This document shows, piece after piece, positions 17,102 to 26,369 of a stretch of 47,108 nucleotides of DNA (positions are counted from its first letter, which is position 1; each line of letters starts with the position of its first letter). This stretch comes from a virus (taxonomy: Duplodnaviria; Caudoviricetes). Location of the stretch: IMG/VR virus record IMGVR_UViG_3300010376_000053, positions 1 to 47,108 of that record; one strand, 5' to 3'. The notes beneath the pieces are model-generated. The model ran no database searches. It saw only the letters and a list, made by a program, of their open reading frames with translations, and was not told the DNA's origin. A program made the position numbers and the translations under genes.

Positions 17102-18846
17102 TACTTCTCCCCCGTTGTCACCTCAGGCGACATAGACTGGAGTTCCTTCCGAATCTGGTCAGGAGTCATCTTAGCGATCTCCTCACGCATCTTGTCTTCC
17201 TTGCTAGGCGGCGGAGTCTCTGGCTGCTCTGGTGGCACAGGAGTCATCCCAAGACCCGAGATTCCTGCCTGTTGCTTGTCGGCTCCCATCTGATTGTCAC
17301 GGAACTCACCGACGCCCCCAATTTTCAACCCGCGAGCGACATCTTGTTTCCGTAAGATATCTAGGCCAATAGCCATGTCCCTCACAGTTTGGGGTGGAAC
17401 ATATGCGTCATTGAACTCCAACCCAGGCAGGCTCTCGCCACCTCGGATGACATCCGCGGGATCCCGTGGTGTGATCCCCGGAGTATCGATCCCGAACATC
17501 TTCAACGCACCCGCTCGGGTCTGGACATCCGTGACCATATGCTTACGCATGGACCGAAGAACCGACTCGAAGGTGGCCGCGGAGTCCACGTCGCTAGGTA
17601 GGGAGTTCTTAATGAATTCCATTTCCTTTTCCATATATCGACGCCCATGCATCAGGGTCATGTATTGCGACACCTGGAGGTTCAGCAGCTTCCGGAACCC
17701 CTCCACGTCGGCGTTGTTCACGCCGAGATCGCGCAGTGTGTCTAGGATAGGCTTGCGCAACACACCTGTGGGATACAATCCACGACCCCTTAGATCATGC
17801 CATTGCTCCAACAACTCGTTCTGTGTCTGAATCAAAGCCAACCGATCTTGCATGTCGGTGGTAGACTTGGCGGATGGCTTGTTGGGCTTACCGCCACCCT
17901 CTTTCGTCTGAAAGTCCTTCATCAGGTTGATAGCCTGGGGATAGGCTCCCACGTCCACCAAACGCTGGACCAAATCTCCCTGGATCTTAGGAACAGTGGG
18001 AGAATACATTGCAGTCAGACCAGCAGTTGCAGCGTGCTTCATGTATTCCGAAGATGTTGGATCCTCCAGGATATCGCGAACGTCATGCAATTTGCGCCCA
18101 AAATCAGATTCGGGCTGCTGTAGCTTACGGATACCCTCCGCTAGCTTTGTCGTGGGCATACCCTTCTGGTCGACAATGGGGAACTGCTGAGCTACGGTCT
18201 TTGGATCATAGTTCCATGATCCGTCGGGATTGCGAGGCACATCAAAGAATCGATCATCTCCAAGATGCCGCGCGTTCGCCACGAACTTATCCGTCTCATC
18301 CTTGTCGAATTTATGGCCCCCCTGGGCCATCGATATGGCGAAGTTGTAGCCTCGCTCTGAATCTTTCACCAAAGCATCCGCGGCGTCTCGTGCGTTCTTT
18401 GCACTTAGGCCCTGTGCCTCGAGCTTGTTCTTCTCGGTTGCTGCCGCGCGCTCGAGCGCAGCAGCATGTGAAGCCTCAGCGGCGGCGCTAGCCGCGCCTG
18501 TCTGCGCACGCATCAGATCGATCTTCGGCTGCATCTGCCGCTCGGCGCGGTCACTCGCTTCCTTACCGCGAGCGATCTGCTCGTCTTCCATCTTCTGCCG
18601 TTCCTGCTCAGCAGCGATATATGCACCAGCCCGCTCCCGACTAATACCCAAGCGGGCCGCTGAGTCTGCCTGGCGCGCTCGAGACTCCGCCAGCAATCGT
18701 TGCTCAGCTAGATCCTTGCGAGCCTCGTCAGACTGCCGGTCTATCTCCCTTGTCAGATCGTACCGATTCTTGTTGCCATATAGATCATTGAACATGCTCA
18801 TGTAAAGAGCACGTTGCGCCGCACCTAGATCAATCAACTGAGCCAT
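17101..18846 (-). CDS. internal virion / DNA ejection protein
   Basis: 581 aa, coiled-coil Ala/Glu/Arg N-half; position in the operon. Confidence 0.65.
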   Translation of the reverse strand: MAQLIDLGAAQRALYMSMFNDLYGNKNRYDLTREIDRQSDEARKDLAEQRLLAESRARQADSAARLGISRERAGAYIAAEQERQKMEDEQIARGKEASDRAERQMQPKIDLMRAQTGAASAAAEASHAAALERAAATEKNKLEAQGLSAKNARDAADALVKDSERGYNFAISMAQGGHKFDKDETDKFVANARHLGDDRFFDVPRNPDGSWNYDPKTVAQQFPIVDQKGMPTTKLAEGIRKLQQPESDFGRKLHDVRDILEDPTSSEYMKHAATAGLTAMYSPTVPKIQGDLVQRLVDVGAYPQAINLMKDFQTKEGGGKPNKPSAKSTTDMQDRLALIQTQNELLEQWHDLRGRGLYPTGVLRKPILDTLRDLGVNNADVEGFRKLLNLQVSQYMTLMHGRRYMEKEMEFIKNSLPSDVDSAATFESVLRSMRKHMVTDVQTRAGALKMFGIDTPGITPRDPADVIRGGESLPGLEFNDAYVPPQTVRDMAIGLDILRKQDVARGLKIGGVGEFRDNQMGADKQQAGISGLGMTPVPPEQPETPPPSKEDKMREEIAKMTPDQIRKELQSMSPEVTTGEK

Positions 18847-19475
18847 TAGTGTGCGTAGCTCCCCGCTCCAGGCTGGTTAGCTCCCCATTGCACGCCCACG
18901 CTAGCGAACGGCGGGACAGACGACTGCTTCATGTAGTCCTGATACGCCCGAGCCATAGCTGCCTCACGGCTCCCTAGCTCAGCCGTCGCAACGCCAGCTT
19001 GGGCTCCAAGGAGTCCCGTCTGGCCCTGCTGGTAGATTCCCTGGCCCTGTTGGTACACATTCTGGGCTCCCTGGCGGAGCTGCTCAAGGTTCTGTTGGTA
19101 CTCCGCGGCTTTGCTGGCCAGATCCGTAGACGTCCGCTCGCGGAGCGCTGCCTGGGCGTTCAGGTTGGCGCTAGAGTAGAGGGCTCCCCGAGAGCCCATC
19201 GTCTCCCCTATTTGGCCCGCCTGCTGATTCGCAGCCTGGTTCGTGACGTCCACATACTTCTGGAACATATCTTGGAAGTGAGGCGCCATACTCTCCTGGC
19301 CAAATTGCTGGACTTGTCCCCCATATTGCTGCATCTGGTTCCAGCCCTGCCCAATCATTTTGGAGTAGTCCAGGCCCGCCTGACCACCACCCACATAGTA
19401 GGGCTGGATCGTCTGGTTGACCTGTGGCGTGGCCGTCTGCTGCCCGAAGGTCGGTTGCGAAGATTGTTGCGGCAT
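18846..19475 (-). CDS. Gln/Gly-rich ejection (pilot) protein
   Basis: Q-rich; SRGALYSS motif typical of podoviral ejection proteins. Confidence 0.6.
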   Translation of the reverse strand: MPQQSSQPTFGQQTATPQVNQTIQPYYVGGGQAGLDYSKMIGQGWNQMQQYGGQVQQFGQESMAPHFQDMFQKYVDVTNQAANQQAGQIGETMGSRGALYSSANLNAQAALRERTSTDLASKAAEYQQNLEQLRQGAQNVYQQGQGIYQQGQTGLLGAQAGVATAELGSREAAMARAYQDYMKQSSVPPFASVGVQWGANQPGAGSYAH

Positions 19476-19484
19476 AGTGGACTC

Positions 19485-20186
19485 CTAGCCAGCGGGAGTG
19501 TTGGCGGTTCCGCCCATGCTCACCGGCGTGGTTCGTGCACCACCAAGCTGAGCTGATTGCCTACCCAGAATGTTCTGCTGCTTCGTCTGCAGCCTACCAA
19601 GCTTATTCTGCTGCTGGTGGGTCAGATTGTCCATCCCCTGCAACCTAGCAATATTTGCGTTCACCTTGTTCAGGTTCTGCTGCGTTGTTATGATCCGGTT
19701 GGCCCACGGGCCCACAGGTTGGCCCTGCGCCTGGGCTTGACGAGCCCTCTCCTGAGCCATGTAGAATGTCTGGTCGGGGCTCAGGTTCATGCCCGTGGGG
19801 CCAGCGGCTCCTGGCGCCGTCGTTTGGGACGCCTGGGCCGCTTGAGCACTGACGTACGGAATCGTCTCTCCGTGTCCACCCACGAACCCGAGGCCGGCAG
19901 CCTCGTTAGGAGTTAGGCCGGGCTGGATCAACGGGAACTTCGCCTTCGACATGTCCCCACCGGAGGCGATAATGCTCTGGAAGCTCGGCGGCATCTGGCC
20001 CTGATTCGCCACGGTCATCCTAGCGTAGTACTGACGCATGGCCTGGGAGACCGGATCCTGTGGCAACTTCGAGATAGTTGGGGTCGCCCCCGGTCCACTA
20101 GGCGTTTGGCTTGCTTGGTATGCACCCATACCAACCGTGGCCGCGGTGCCCACGCCCGCGATAACCGCTGCTGTTATTGCCGCCAT
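19485..20186 (-). CDS. ejection protein with hydrophobic Ala/Gly N-terminus
   Basis: MAAITAAVIAGVGTAATVGMGAY; GGAGG SD. Confidence 0.6.
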   Translation of the reverse strand: MAAITAAVIAGVGTAATVGMGAYQASQTPSGPGATPTISKLPQDPVSQAMRQYYARMTVANQGQMPPSFQSIIASGGDMSKAKFPLIQPGLTPNEAAGLGFVGGHGETIPYVSAQAAQASQTTAPGAAGPTGMNLSPDQTFYMAQERARQAQAQGQPVGPWANRIITTQQNLNKVNANIARLQGMDNLTHQQQNKLGRLQTKQQNILGRQSAQLGGARTTPVSMGGTANTPAG

Positions 20187-20195
20187 ACGTACCTC

Positions 20196-20765
20196 CTAAT
20201 CAAAGAAACTGAGGAGGATCAACCGACTATCCTCGCGATCCTCACCATATCCGTGCCGGGGAATTGCTGCGTGCATCAAGTCCCCACGCATCACGAGTGC
20301 TCGATTTGGGGCACCCGGGAACTCGCCCACGACGCGCCAAGCCATCTCGTCGTTGTGATCTTCTTTCCACGCTTGCAGCTCCGCTTCAGTGCTTGGATGT
20401 GTTCGCATGCCTGTCTGGCGATGCTCGAGCAAGACCGTCGACGAGGGCCCAGGGTTAATATAGCAGAAGAATGCATACTGGCAAATCTCCGCGTCCGTGT
20501 GAGCCCACTGGGGCGGGTCGGTCCCACGTGGGCTAAGCCTAAATGCACTCTGCTTCTCTATCACCCGGTATCCTAGGACCCACGTCATCCCATGGATGAT
20601 GCGCTCCATCACCGAGCTTGGCACTGGGAGCCCAATGTTGGGGTAGGTGATATGATCGTGCGGGGACTCCACGGGACCATACTCAAGCTCGCGCGCATAA
20701 GCCTGCAACAGATGGAACTCATAGCCAGGGAAGAAGTCATCTATCATGTACACATATGGATTCAT
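20196..20765 (-). CDS. 2OG-Fe(II) dioxygenase
   Basis: IDDFF, HTD (HxD), YIN, NRALV...H, distal R (SRLI). Confidence 0.8.
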   Translation of the reverse strand: MNPYVYMIDDFFPGYEFHLLQAYARELEYGPVESPHDHITYPNIGLPVPSSVMERIIHGMTWVLGYRVIEKQSAFRLSPRGTDPPQWAHTDAEICQYAFFCYINPGPSSTVLLEHRQTGMRTHPSTEAELQAWKEDHNDEMAWRVVGEFPGAPNRALVMRGDLMHAAIPRHGYGEDREDSRLILLSFFD

Positions 20766-20878
20766 TGCGGAACCTGAGGAGCCCCAGGCTTAGCTACGGT
20801 TGTTGTCGTGGTTGTGCCTTCCTGTGGTCGATACCCCGTGCAACCAACGAGCAGAAGGAGAACAAGCAAGAATTTCAT
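20762..20878 (-). CDS. 38-aa lipoprotein (not in ORF track)
   Basis: MKFLLVLLLLVG-C lipobox, Thr/Pro-rich tail; ATGA overlaps at both ends. Confidence 0.7.
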   Translation of the reverse strand: MKFLLVLLLLVGCTGYRPQEGTTTTTTVAKPGAPQVPQ

Positions 20879-21375
20879 AGCAACTTCACGTAATGCGTCT
20901 CGAAGGGAGCGTAGCCCTTCTTCTCATAGAAATGGGCCAATCGTTCGGGCATATTGTGGAGCATGTACGCCATCGTTACCCGTGTGGCCTTACGGCTTCG
21001 AGCCCACTCCTCGAACGCCTCGAGCAAAGCCGTGCCGCCCCCAGCGGCAGCACCTGGCCAAACGTACCAGAAGAGTTCGGTCGCGCAGGGCTCCCCATCG
21101 AACACGTTCTCATACAGGACCCCCGCTATCGCCCCCCTCAGGTCCCACCTGTTCTCGTACAGGCACAACACTATTCCCTGGCCAGCCTGCATGAACTCCC
21201 TCATCTTCCTCGTGAACACGCTCGCTCGGAACTTCATTAGGCTCTTCCCGTACATGTTCGCGAACACGTACCCCATCTCCCCCAACTGTTCGAGGTCGTG
21301 CTCCGTTGCCGTAGAGATCCTGAAGTTCCTCTCTGAGGATCCCAAAGACGTGGTAGTCTCGGTAGATTCCGTCAC
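20875..21375 (-). CDS. GNAT acetyltransferase
   Basis: ATEHD, ELFWYVWP..AGGG..LLEAFEEWAR, FYEKKGY; start uncertain (GTG). Confidence 0.8.
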   Translation of the reverse strand: MTESTETTTSLGSSERNFRISTATEHDLEQLGEMGYVFANMYGKSLMKFRASVFTRKMREFMQAGQGIVLCLYENRWDLRGAIAGVLYENVFDGEPCATELFWYVWPGAAAGGGTALLEAFEEWARSRKATRVTMAYMLHNMPERLAHFYEKKGYAPFETHYVKLL

Positions 21376-21850
21376 GTAGATGCGCCTTTCTTATAATGCC
21401 CTCGGGCTGGAAGCCCAACCTTAGGACGAGTTTAATCGCAACCTTGTTATCCTCGGGCAGCAGGGCCGTCAGCCGACGGAGCTGCGCTCGGTGCATGAAG
21501 TCGCCCATAGCGATCCTTATCGATTCTTCGCGGCCCCGGAGCCTTCGATCAAACATCACTAAATGAACGTTCGCGTCTAGCCACGGGCGCACATTCGTCG
21601 CTGCCGCCAATCCAATGATGTCATCCCCCTGAAAGAACTCGTAGAACTGGTTCTGCGGGGCCATCAAGCTGTTCTTGAACTCCTCGAATGTGCGGGGGAT
21701 CACGTCATCAAAAACCTGCGGGAACTGTCGCATGTGCTCCCACAACCATTCCATCTTGCCCTTAGTCAATATGAGTGGGCGGAACGAAAGGGTCGCGGGG
21801 ATTGACGGCTTTTCGGGTAGGGAAGAACTCACCACTGGGGACATAGACAT
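21110..21850 (-). CDS. RimJ/RimL-like GNAT acetyltransferase
   Basis: RRLTALLPEDNKVAIKLVLRLGFQPEGIIRK....DG...D..VFGILREE. Confidence 0.8.
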   Translation of the reverse strand: MSMSPVVSSSLPEKPSIPATLSFRPLILTKGKMEWLWEHMRQFPQVFDDVIPRTFEEFKNSLMAPQNQFYEFFQGDDIIGLAAATNVRPWLDANVHLVMFDRRLRGREESIRIAMGDFMHRAQLRRLTALLPEDNKVAIKLVLRLGFQPEGIIRKAHLRDGIYRDYHVFGILREELQDLYGNGARPRTVGGDGVRVREHVREEPNEVPSERVHEEDEGVHAGWPGNSVVPVREQVGPEGGDSGGPV

Positions 21851-23378
21851 CGGTGTACGCTCGCAAGGTTGGTCTCGCTGATCCGTTTTCCTTGGGATAG
21901 AAGAATCGGTACCGTCTAACATTCGAGGTTATGTTCATGTCCACGAAGTCAAAGCCCAGATAAGGCCCAAAAGGCTTGAGCGCTCTTTGATAGGGAAATG
22001 AGTTCCCACGGTCAACGCTCACCTCAAGCTTGAAGGCCGGGCCGTCCGGCGTCGGGTAGTCATCCGAGACCATCACGCGCTGAAGCGTCGCGTTCTGGAG
22101 CGCAGTTTGGTCATAAAACATGTCCGGCGTGTCCACAAACATGTCCATCCCACCATCATCTGGACGCCAGAACCAATCCCCGCAGATACGCTCGTCGATT
22201 AGAAAGTACCCGTTATCGGACGCTGCCAGGAGTTGTGGGTAATTCTTCGGATAACCATGCTCATTGTAGCCCGACGTACCGACTGCTCCGGGCAGAATGT
22301 GCTCCGCCAGCGCGTTCAGGTTGTGGAACGAATCGCGAGTCCACGAGTTGCGGAAGTAGTCGAATATTAGGGCTGTCCACTTTCCACACACTTGATCGGG
22401 TATGACAAGCCAGTACTCCTTGAAGCCCATAAACGCCGCCGCAAACGGCATATTCTGCCAAGTATAGGCAATGGACGGATCGAACATCTTGCGTAGGTAC
22501 GAATGGATGGGGGACCCGATAGGGTTCAAATTCACACCATCCCACGAATACACATTGAAATCGTTCGCCACGAAGATGTGGGCCTGCCCGACACTCACCA
22601 GGGACCAAGGTAACATGCACCCTATCCCGTACACTTTGCCTTCGGGAATGAAAGGGGCGCTAGCATCACCAGTTGCAGAGAAGTCCACGATGGAGCTGTT
22701 CCGATAGACCACTAGCCGATCGTTGAGGAGCTTCCCACCCGTGATGGGCTCAACTGTTCCTTCATACAAGTCAACGAAGCCACCTCGGTAATGACCCGTC
22801 CCGTCGAGCCCAACCGCCCAGTCGGCGTAATTACCCAGGGTGCTCCACTGCACACGATTCGGCATCGGACCCATCGGGTTCGGTGAGTTCGTATCGGCCA
22901 CGATGTTCATCAGGAAGACATGGTTCTTGAAATACTCGATAAACATGCCCGCGGGGCTAGCCACCTGGGTGATGCCGCTGGGCGACAGCGCAGATATCTC
23001 GCTCGCCCGCACAATCAAGAGCTGCTCCTCGCCCGCTGTCCAGCTAAAACGGCTGTCGCGACGCGGATACATCTGCAACGATCGCGGAGCCCCAAACTGG
23101 TGGGTAGCCACATCATACGCAAGAGCAGAGTTGGTGCCATCCAGCCCATAGATCGTCTTGTTGCCAGAAGCGTCAGTCTGCTCCGCAAACCCAAGTATCG
23201 GGCTGCCCAGAGTCTGAAGCGAAATCGATCGGCCAGGAGCCCTCATGATCTTACCGAAGCGGAAGCGGACATTCTGGCACCACGGCGAATACTCGGGTCC
23301 GATCGAATCTGCCGGAGCCGAAATCCAGAGACCCTTCTGTGGAGTAAGCTGTCGTGTGAACTTTTCCTGTGCCATCAA
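21762..23378 (-). CDS. tail nozzle / tail tubular protein B-like (beta-propeller)
   Basis: CQNVRF, RVQWS..G...W, 538 aa, follows the adaptor gene. Confidence 0.7.
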   Translation of the reverse strand: MMAQEKFTRQLTPQKGLWISAPADSIGPEYSPWCQNVRFRFGKIMRAPGRSISLQTLGSPILGFAEQTDASGNKTIYGLDGTNSALAYDVATHQFGAPRSLQMYPRRDSRFSWTAGEEQLLIVRASEISALSPSGITQVASPAGMFIEYFKNHVFLMNIVADTNSPNPMGPMPNRVQWSTLGNYADWAVGLDGTGHYRGGFVDLYEGTVEPITGGKLLNDRLVVYRNSSIVDFSATGDASAPFIPEGKVYGIGCMLPWSLVSVGQAHIFVANDFNVYSWDGVNLNPIGSPIHSYLRKMFDPSIAYTWQNMPFAAAFMGFKEYWLVIPDQVCGKWTALIFDYFRNSWTRDSFHNLNALAEHILPGAVGTSGYNEHGYPKNYPQLLAASDNGYFLIDERICGDWFWRPDDGGMDMFVDTPDMFYDQTALQNATLQRVMVSDDYPTPDGPAFKLEVSVDRGNSFPYQRALKPFGPYLGFDFVDMNITSNVRRYRFFYPKENGSARPTLRAYTDVYVPSGEFFPTRKAVNPRDPFVPPTHID

Positions 23379-23987
23379 TTATTTGAAACGGACACCTATG
23401 GTTGACTCATAGTTGTCCTCTTCTAGCATCAAGTTGTCCTGCCTGCTCAGCATGTCCGCATCAATCATCTGCCTGTACCCAGCGGATTCCTCAAATCGCT
23501 GGAGCGAGCTGAGGCCCTTCGCGACCGTCAATGTGATGAGCAACTCGTGCCACTCTCGCTCAAGTGGGATAATCAATCCGGGAGCCAATGGCGGGAGGCG
23601 GCGCCGGTACCTAACCTGAAGTTCGTGGCGCCGATCGGGGATTGGATCAAACTCGATGTAATCCTTGTACCGCGCGTATCTGACTGGTATGCCATGGCTG
23701 CGATAGACCCGATCGATTACCTGCCAATGAACCTGTTCGAATTTGCGCCACTTATCCCTTATCGATAGAATGAACCAAAAATCCGCCGGGACAGTTATGT
23801 TCCTCTGGTCAGGATGGAGCGTTACCTCGTAGAGCGCATCCAGCTCACGGAAGCTAGCCTTCGGGGCCTGTGTCAGCTCCGTAAAGGCGTCCATCGCCCA
23901 CTGGTCCACCCGGCTGTCCAAGTCGGTCCGGTTCCCCATCCGTTGGATGATCTCCGCCTTCAGGTCGTCGTATAGTTGCGGATTCAT
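23379..23987 (-). CDS. head-tail adaptor / tail tubular protein A-like
   Basis: PADF, G.P.RY, F.P.PD...L.VRY, IP.EWHELL pattern. Confidence 0.75.
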   Translation of the reverse strand: MNPQLYDDLKAEIIQRMGNRTDLDSRVDQWAMDAFTELTQAPKASFRELDALYEVTLHPDQRNITVPADFWFILSIRDKWRKFEQVHWQVIDRVYRSHGIPVRYARYKDYIEFDPIPDRRHELQVRYRRRLPPLAPGLIIPLEREWHELLITLTVAKGLSSLQRFEESAGYRQMIDADMLSRQDNLMLEEDNYESTIGVRFK

Positions 23988-24114
23988 TCATCATCTCCCT
24001 CAGGGTCAAGATGGCGCCCTCGAGCTGGTGACATTCGCGCTGTACTTGAACGAGCATATTTCGCCGCTCCTGTAGGCGCTCCTCGTATGCCTTGCATCGT
24101 TCCTCTATCGTCAT
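23854..24114 (-). CDS. small coiled-coil protein (fibre chaperone candidate)
   Basis: AGGAG SD; MTIEERCKAYEERL...LEGAILTLREM. Confidence 0.6.
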   Translation of the reverse strand: MTIEERCKAYEERLQERRNMLVQVQRECHQLEGAILTLREMMNESATIRRPEGGDHPTDGEPDRLGQPGGPVGDGRLYGADTGPEG

Positions 24115-24122
24115 GTTCACTC

Positions 24123-25241
24123 CTAAGCAAATTCTGCAACCATCAGCCAGCCGCCCTGGACATTGCAAGCCCCGACCACTCGGTCAATCGAGGAGGCGCT
24201 GATCTTCACACGCGCGGGGCCAGTGGGCGCTCGGGCCGTCTGACAGGTAGTCAGGGTGTAAGGAAAGAAGCTGATTCCGCTCGAGGAGATCACGCTGCTG
24301 ACGCCATTTCCCCCAACGATCGTCCCATCTGGCACGCCTGGATTGCCCCCGGTCCAGATCAAGGAGTGGATTCCGGGGGTGGGCATAGAGCCATCGGAAC
24401 CGATGACACCATTGATACTTGCCAGCGCAAGAAAGTAGCCCCCGCGCCCGGTCCAGTCCATCTCGGCAAGGAAGGTCTCGTGGCCCAAGACACCTAGGTC
24501 CGCTTGCTGGACCCCCGTAGCCAAGATGAAATAGGTCGCTACACCAAGGCCCAATTGCGCGAAGCCAATCGAGCTTCCAGCAAGGCTAGGATTCGGGTAC
24601 GAGCCTGTCAGGGCTCCCCCCGCGGCCCCACTCGGTGGAAACGACGTAGGCGCCCCAGCTATCGCCGAATAGTTTATCGCCGAAGAATTGATGCCAGGGT
24701 TCGGGTAGCTTCCAGTCAGGCCCCCACCAGCAGGACCTATCGGCGGGAGTCCAGCCGGAATCCCAGGCGTCGTGGGCTTGTTACTAATCAGGTTGTAATC
24801 AACGCCAGGATTCGGATATGTGCCCGTCAACGCACCACCAGCCGGACCATTTGGAGGTAAGCTGGTCGGCACCGTCGGTGCACCCGTAACCTTAGACCAA
24901 CTCACAGATGCGATGTTATAGTCGGTGATTGTGTTCGCAGCGATCTTACCGCCAGGGCCACCCGTGACAGCCCCAGCTCTAATGGTAGGAGCCGGATACG
25001 ATCCAGCCAAATCGCCCTGACCTGCAGGAACAGCTCCTATGGGTATGCTCGACCATACAACCGTCTCCCCAGGACCAGGAACGTATACGCTGTTAAGCAT
25101 CGAATTGGCCAGTGCGTACATTTGCTCGAGGTCAGCATCTAGTTCACTGGCCCAAATATCCGTGAATCCACGGTTATACTCTTCGTCAAACGTGCGGACA
25201 TTGCCACGCTTGATCGATCGCTGCATAATAACCGTGCTCAT
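24123..25241 (-). CDS. tail fibre with four G(G/D)xLxGxYPxP repeats
   Basis: GDLAGSYPAP, GGALTGTYPNP, GGGLTGSYPNP, GGALTGSYPNP. Confidence 0.75.
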   Translation of the reverse strand: MSTVIMQRSIKRGNVRTFDEEYNRGFTDIWASELDADLEQMYALANSMLNSVYVPGPGETVVWSSIPIGAVPAGQGDLAGSYPAPTIRAGAVTGGPGGKIAANTITDYNIASVSWSKVTGAPTVPTSLPPNGPAGGALTGTYPNPGVDYNLISNKPTTPGIPAGLPPIGPAGGGLTGSYPNPGINSSAINYSAIAGAPTSFPPSGAAGGALTGSYPNPSLAGSSIGFAQLGLGVATYFILATGVQQADLGVLGHETFLAEMDWTGRGGYFLALASINGVIGSDGSMPTPGIHSLIWTGGNPGVPDGTIVGGNGVSSVISSSGISFFPYTLTTCQTARAPTGPARVKISASSIDRVVGACNVQGGWLMVAEFA

Positions 25242-26368
25242 TTGCTCTCCAGAGCTGCCACCCTATTACCTAGTTCCTTCACCGCGTTGACCAGTGCGAT
25301 CAAGATTTCATGAATGTCAAGCGCAAGAACATCAGTCTCCTCAGCATCCCCTGGGCGAAGTTTCCGTCGACTACTAGTCACACTTTCAGGAAAAACGTGG
25401 CGAACGGCCTCAGCATCGAAGCCCGATGCCTGCACACCCTGTGGGGTCCCTGCTAGCCCATTTAGAGTATAGCGAATTGGTTCAAGCTGAAGAATCTCCG
25501 CGAGGCCATGTGGATAAGGCTCAACGTTGTCCTTCAGCCGAGGATCGCTCGGATTCGCCCAGGTCGTGCCACTAGCTTTCGTCGCTACTGCGCCGTTAAT
25601 AGTGAGGTCCCCATTCGGAGGGACCACCCTGAGGAAGGGAATCCAGGCAGTGCTCGCGCTGCCGGGTACCCGATAGTCCAGTTCGAACGTGCCCCCACTC
25701 GAATGGACCGACATGTCTAGCGACCAGGACGCAAACGTTAGGTCGTCGATCGGAGCGATCGACGGCGTGTTGATACTCCACTCGGCATCGTGTCGCCCGT
25801 CCTTGTTCTTGTAATGGATCAGCCGGCTGGAGATGAGCGACCCCATGGATTGCAGCGCCAGCTGGCTGGCCACGTCGACCACACCCGCGGCCGGATAGTG
25901 AAACATGGTGAACGTGGCCGGCCCCCACCACGTGAGAAGCTCCCCGGGTGCCCGGTACGAGATCCCGAAATTGCAGAGGGTGTTCTCGGATCCTGACTTC
26001 CCAATCCCCGTCGAGAGGTCGACTGTGAGCGACGGCTCCGTCAGCACATCGATGCCCGGCTCCGAGGTCACGGACGTCGAGCCATCCCAGAAGAAGTTGT
26101 AGGCCAGCTCGGCGCCCGTAGGGTAGCCATAGAGGCGCGTCTTCGCCACCCCCGGCGGCCCCACCTCGATACCATCGATGCCCTTCGGGCCGCCAGTCGC
26201 CACCGCCGGGTCCATCGCCAGGGTCATCTTTGGATAGTTAGTCACCCAGGCTTGGCTCTCGTAAAGGGGATCAAGATCAGCATCCATTTCGGAGTTGAGA
26301 ATCGGTACATTGGGTGGGTTCAGCTCCGAGTATCGACGCACACCACCGCGTTTTGTAGGACGTTGCAT
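25238..26368 (-). CDS. tail fibre/spike with C-terminal peptidase S74 intramolecular chaperone
   Basis: WANPSDPRLKDNV...GFDAE.V..VFPE...LVNAVKEL. Confidence 0.85.
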   Translation of the reverse strand: MQRPTKRGGVRRYSELNPPNVPILNSEMDADLDPLYESQAWVTNYPKMTLAMDPAVATGGPKGIDGIEVGPPGVAKTRLYGYPTGAELAYNFFWDGSTSVTSEPGIDVLTEPSLTVDLSTGIGKSGSENTLCNFGISYRAPGELLTWWGPATFTMFHYPAAGVVDVASQLALQSMGSLISSRLIHYKNKDGRHDAEWSINTPSIAPIDDLTFASWSLDMSVHSSGGTFELDYRVPGSASTAWIPFLRVVPPNGDLTINGAVATKASGTTWANPSDPRLKDNVEPYPHGLAEILQLEPIRYTLNGLAGTPQGVQASGFDAEAVRHVFPESVTSSRRKLRPGDAEETDVLALDIHEILIALVNAVKELGNRVAALESK

Positions 26369-26369
26369 T

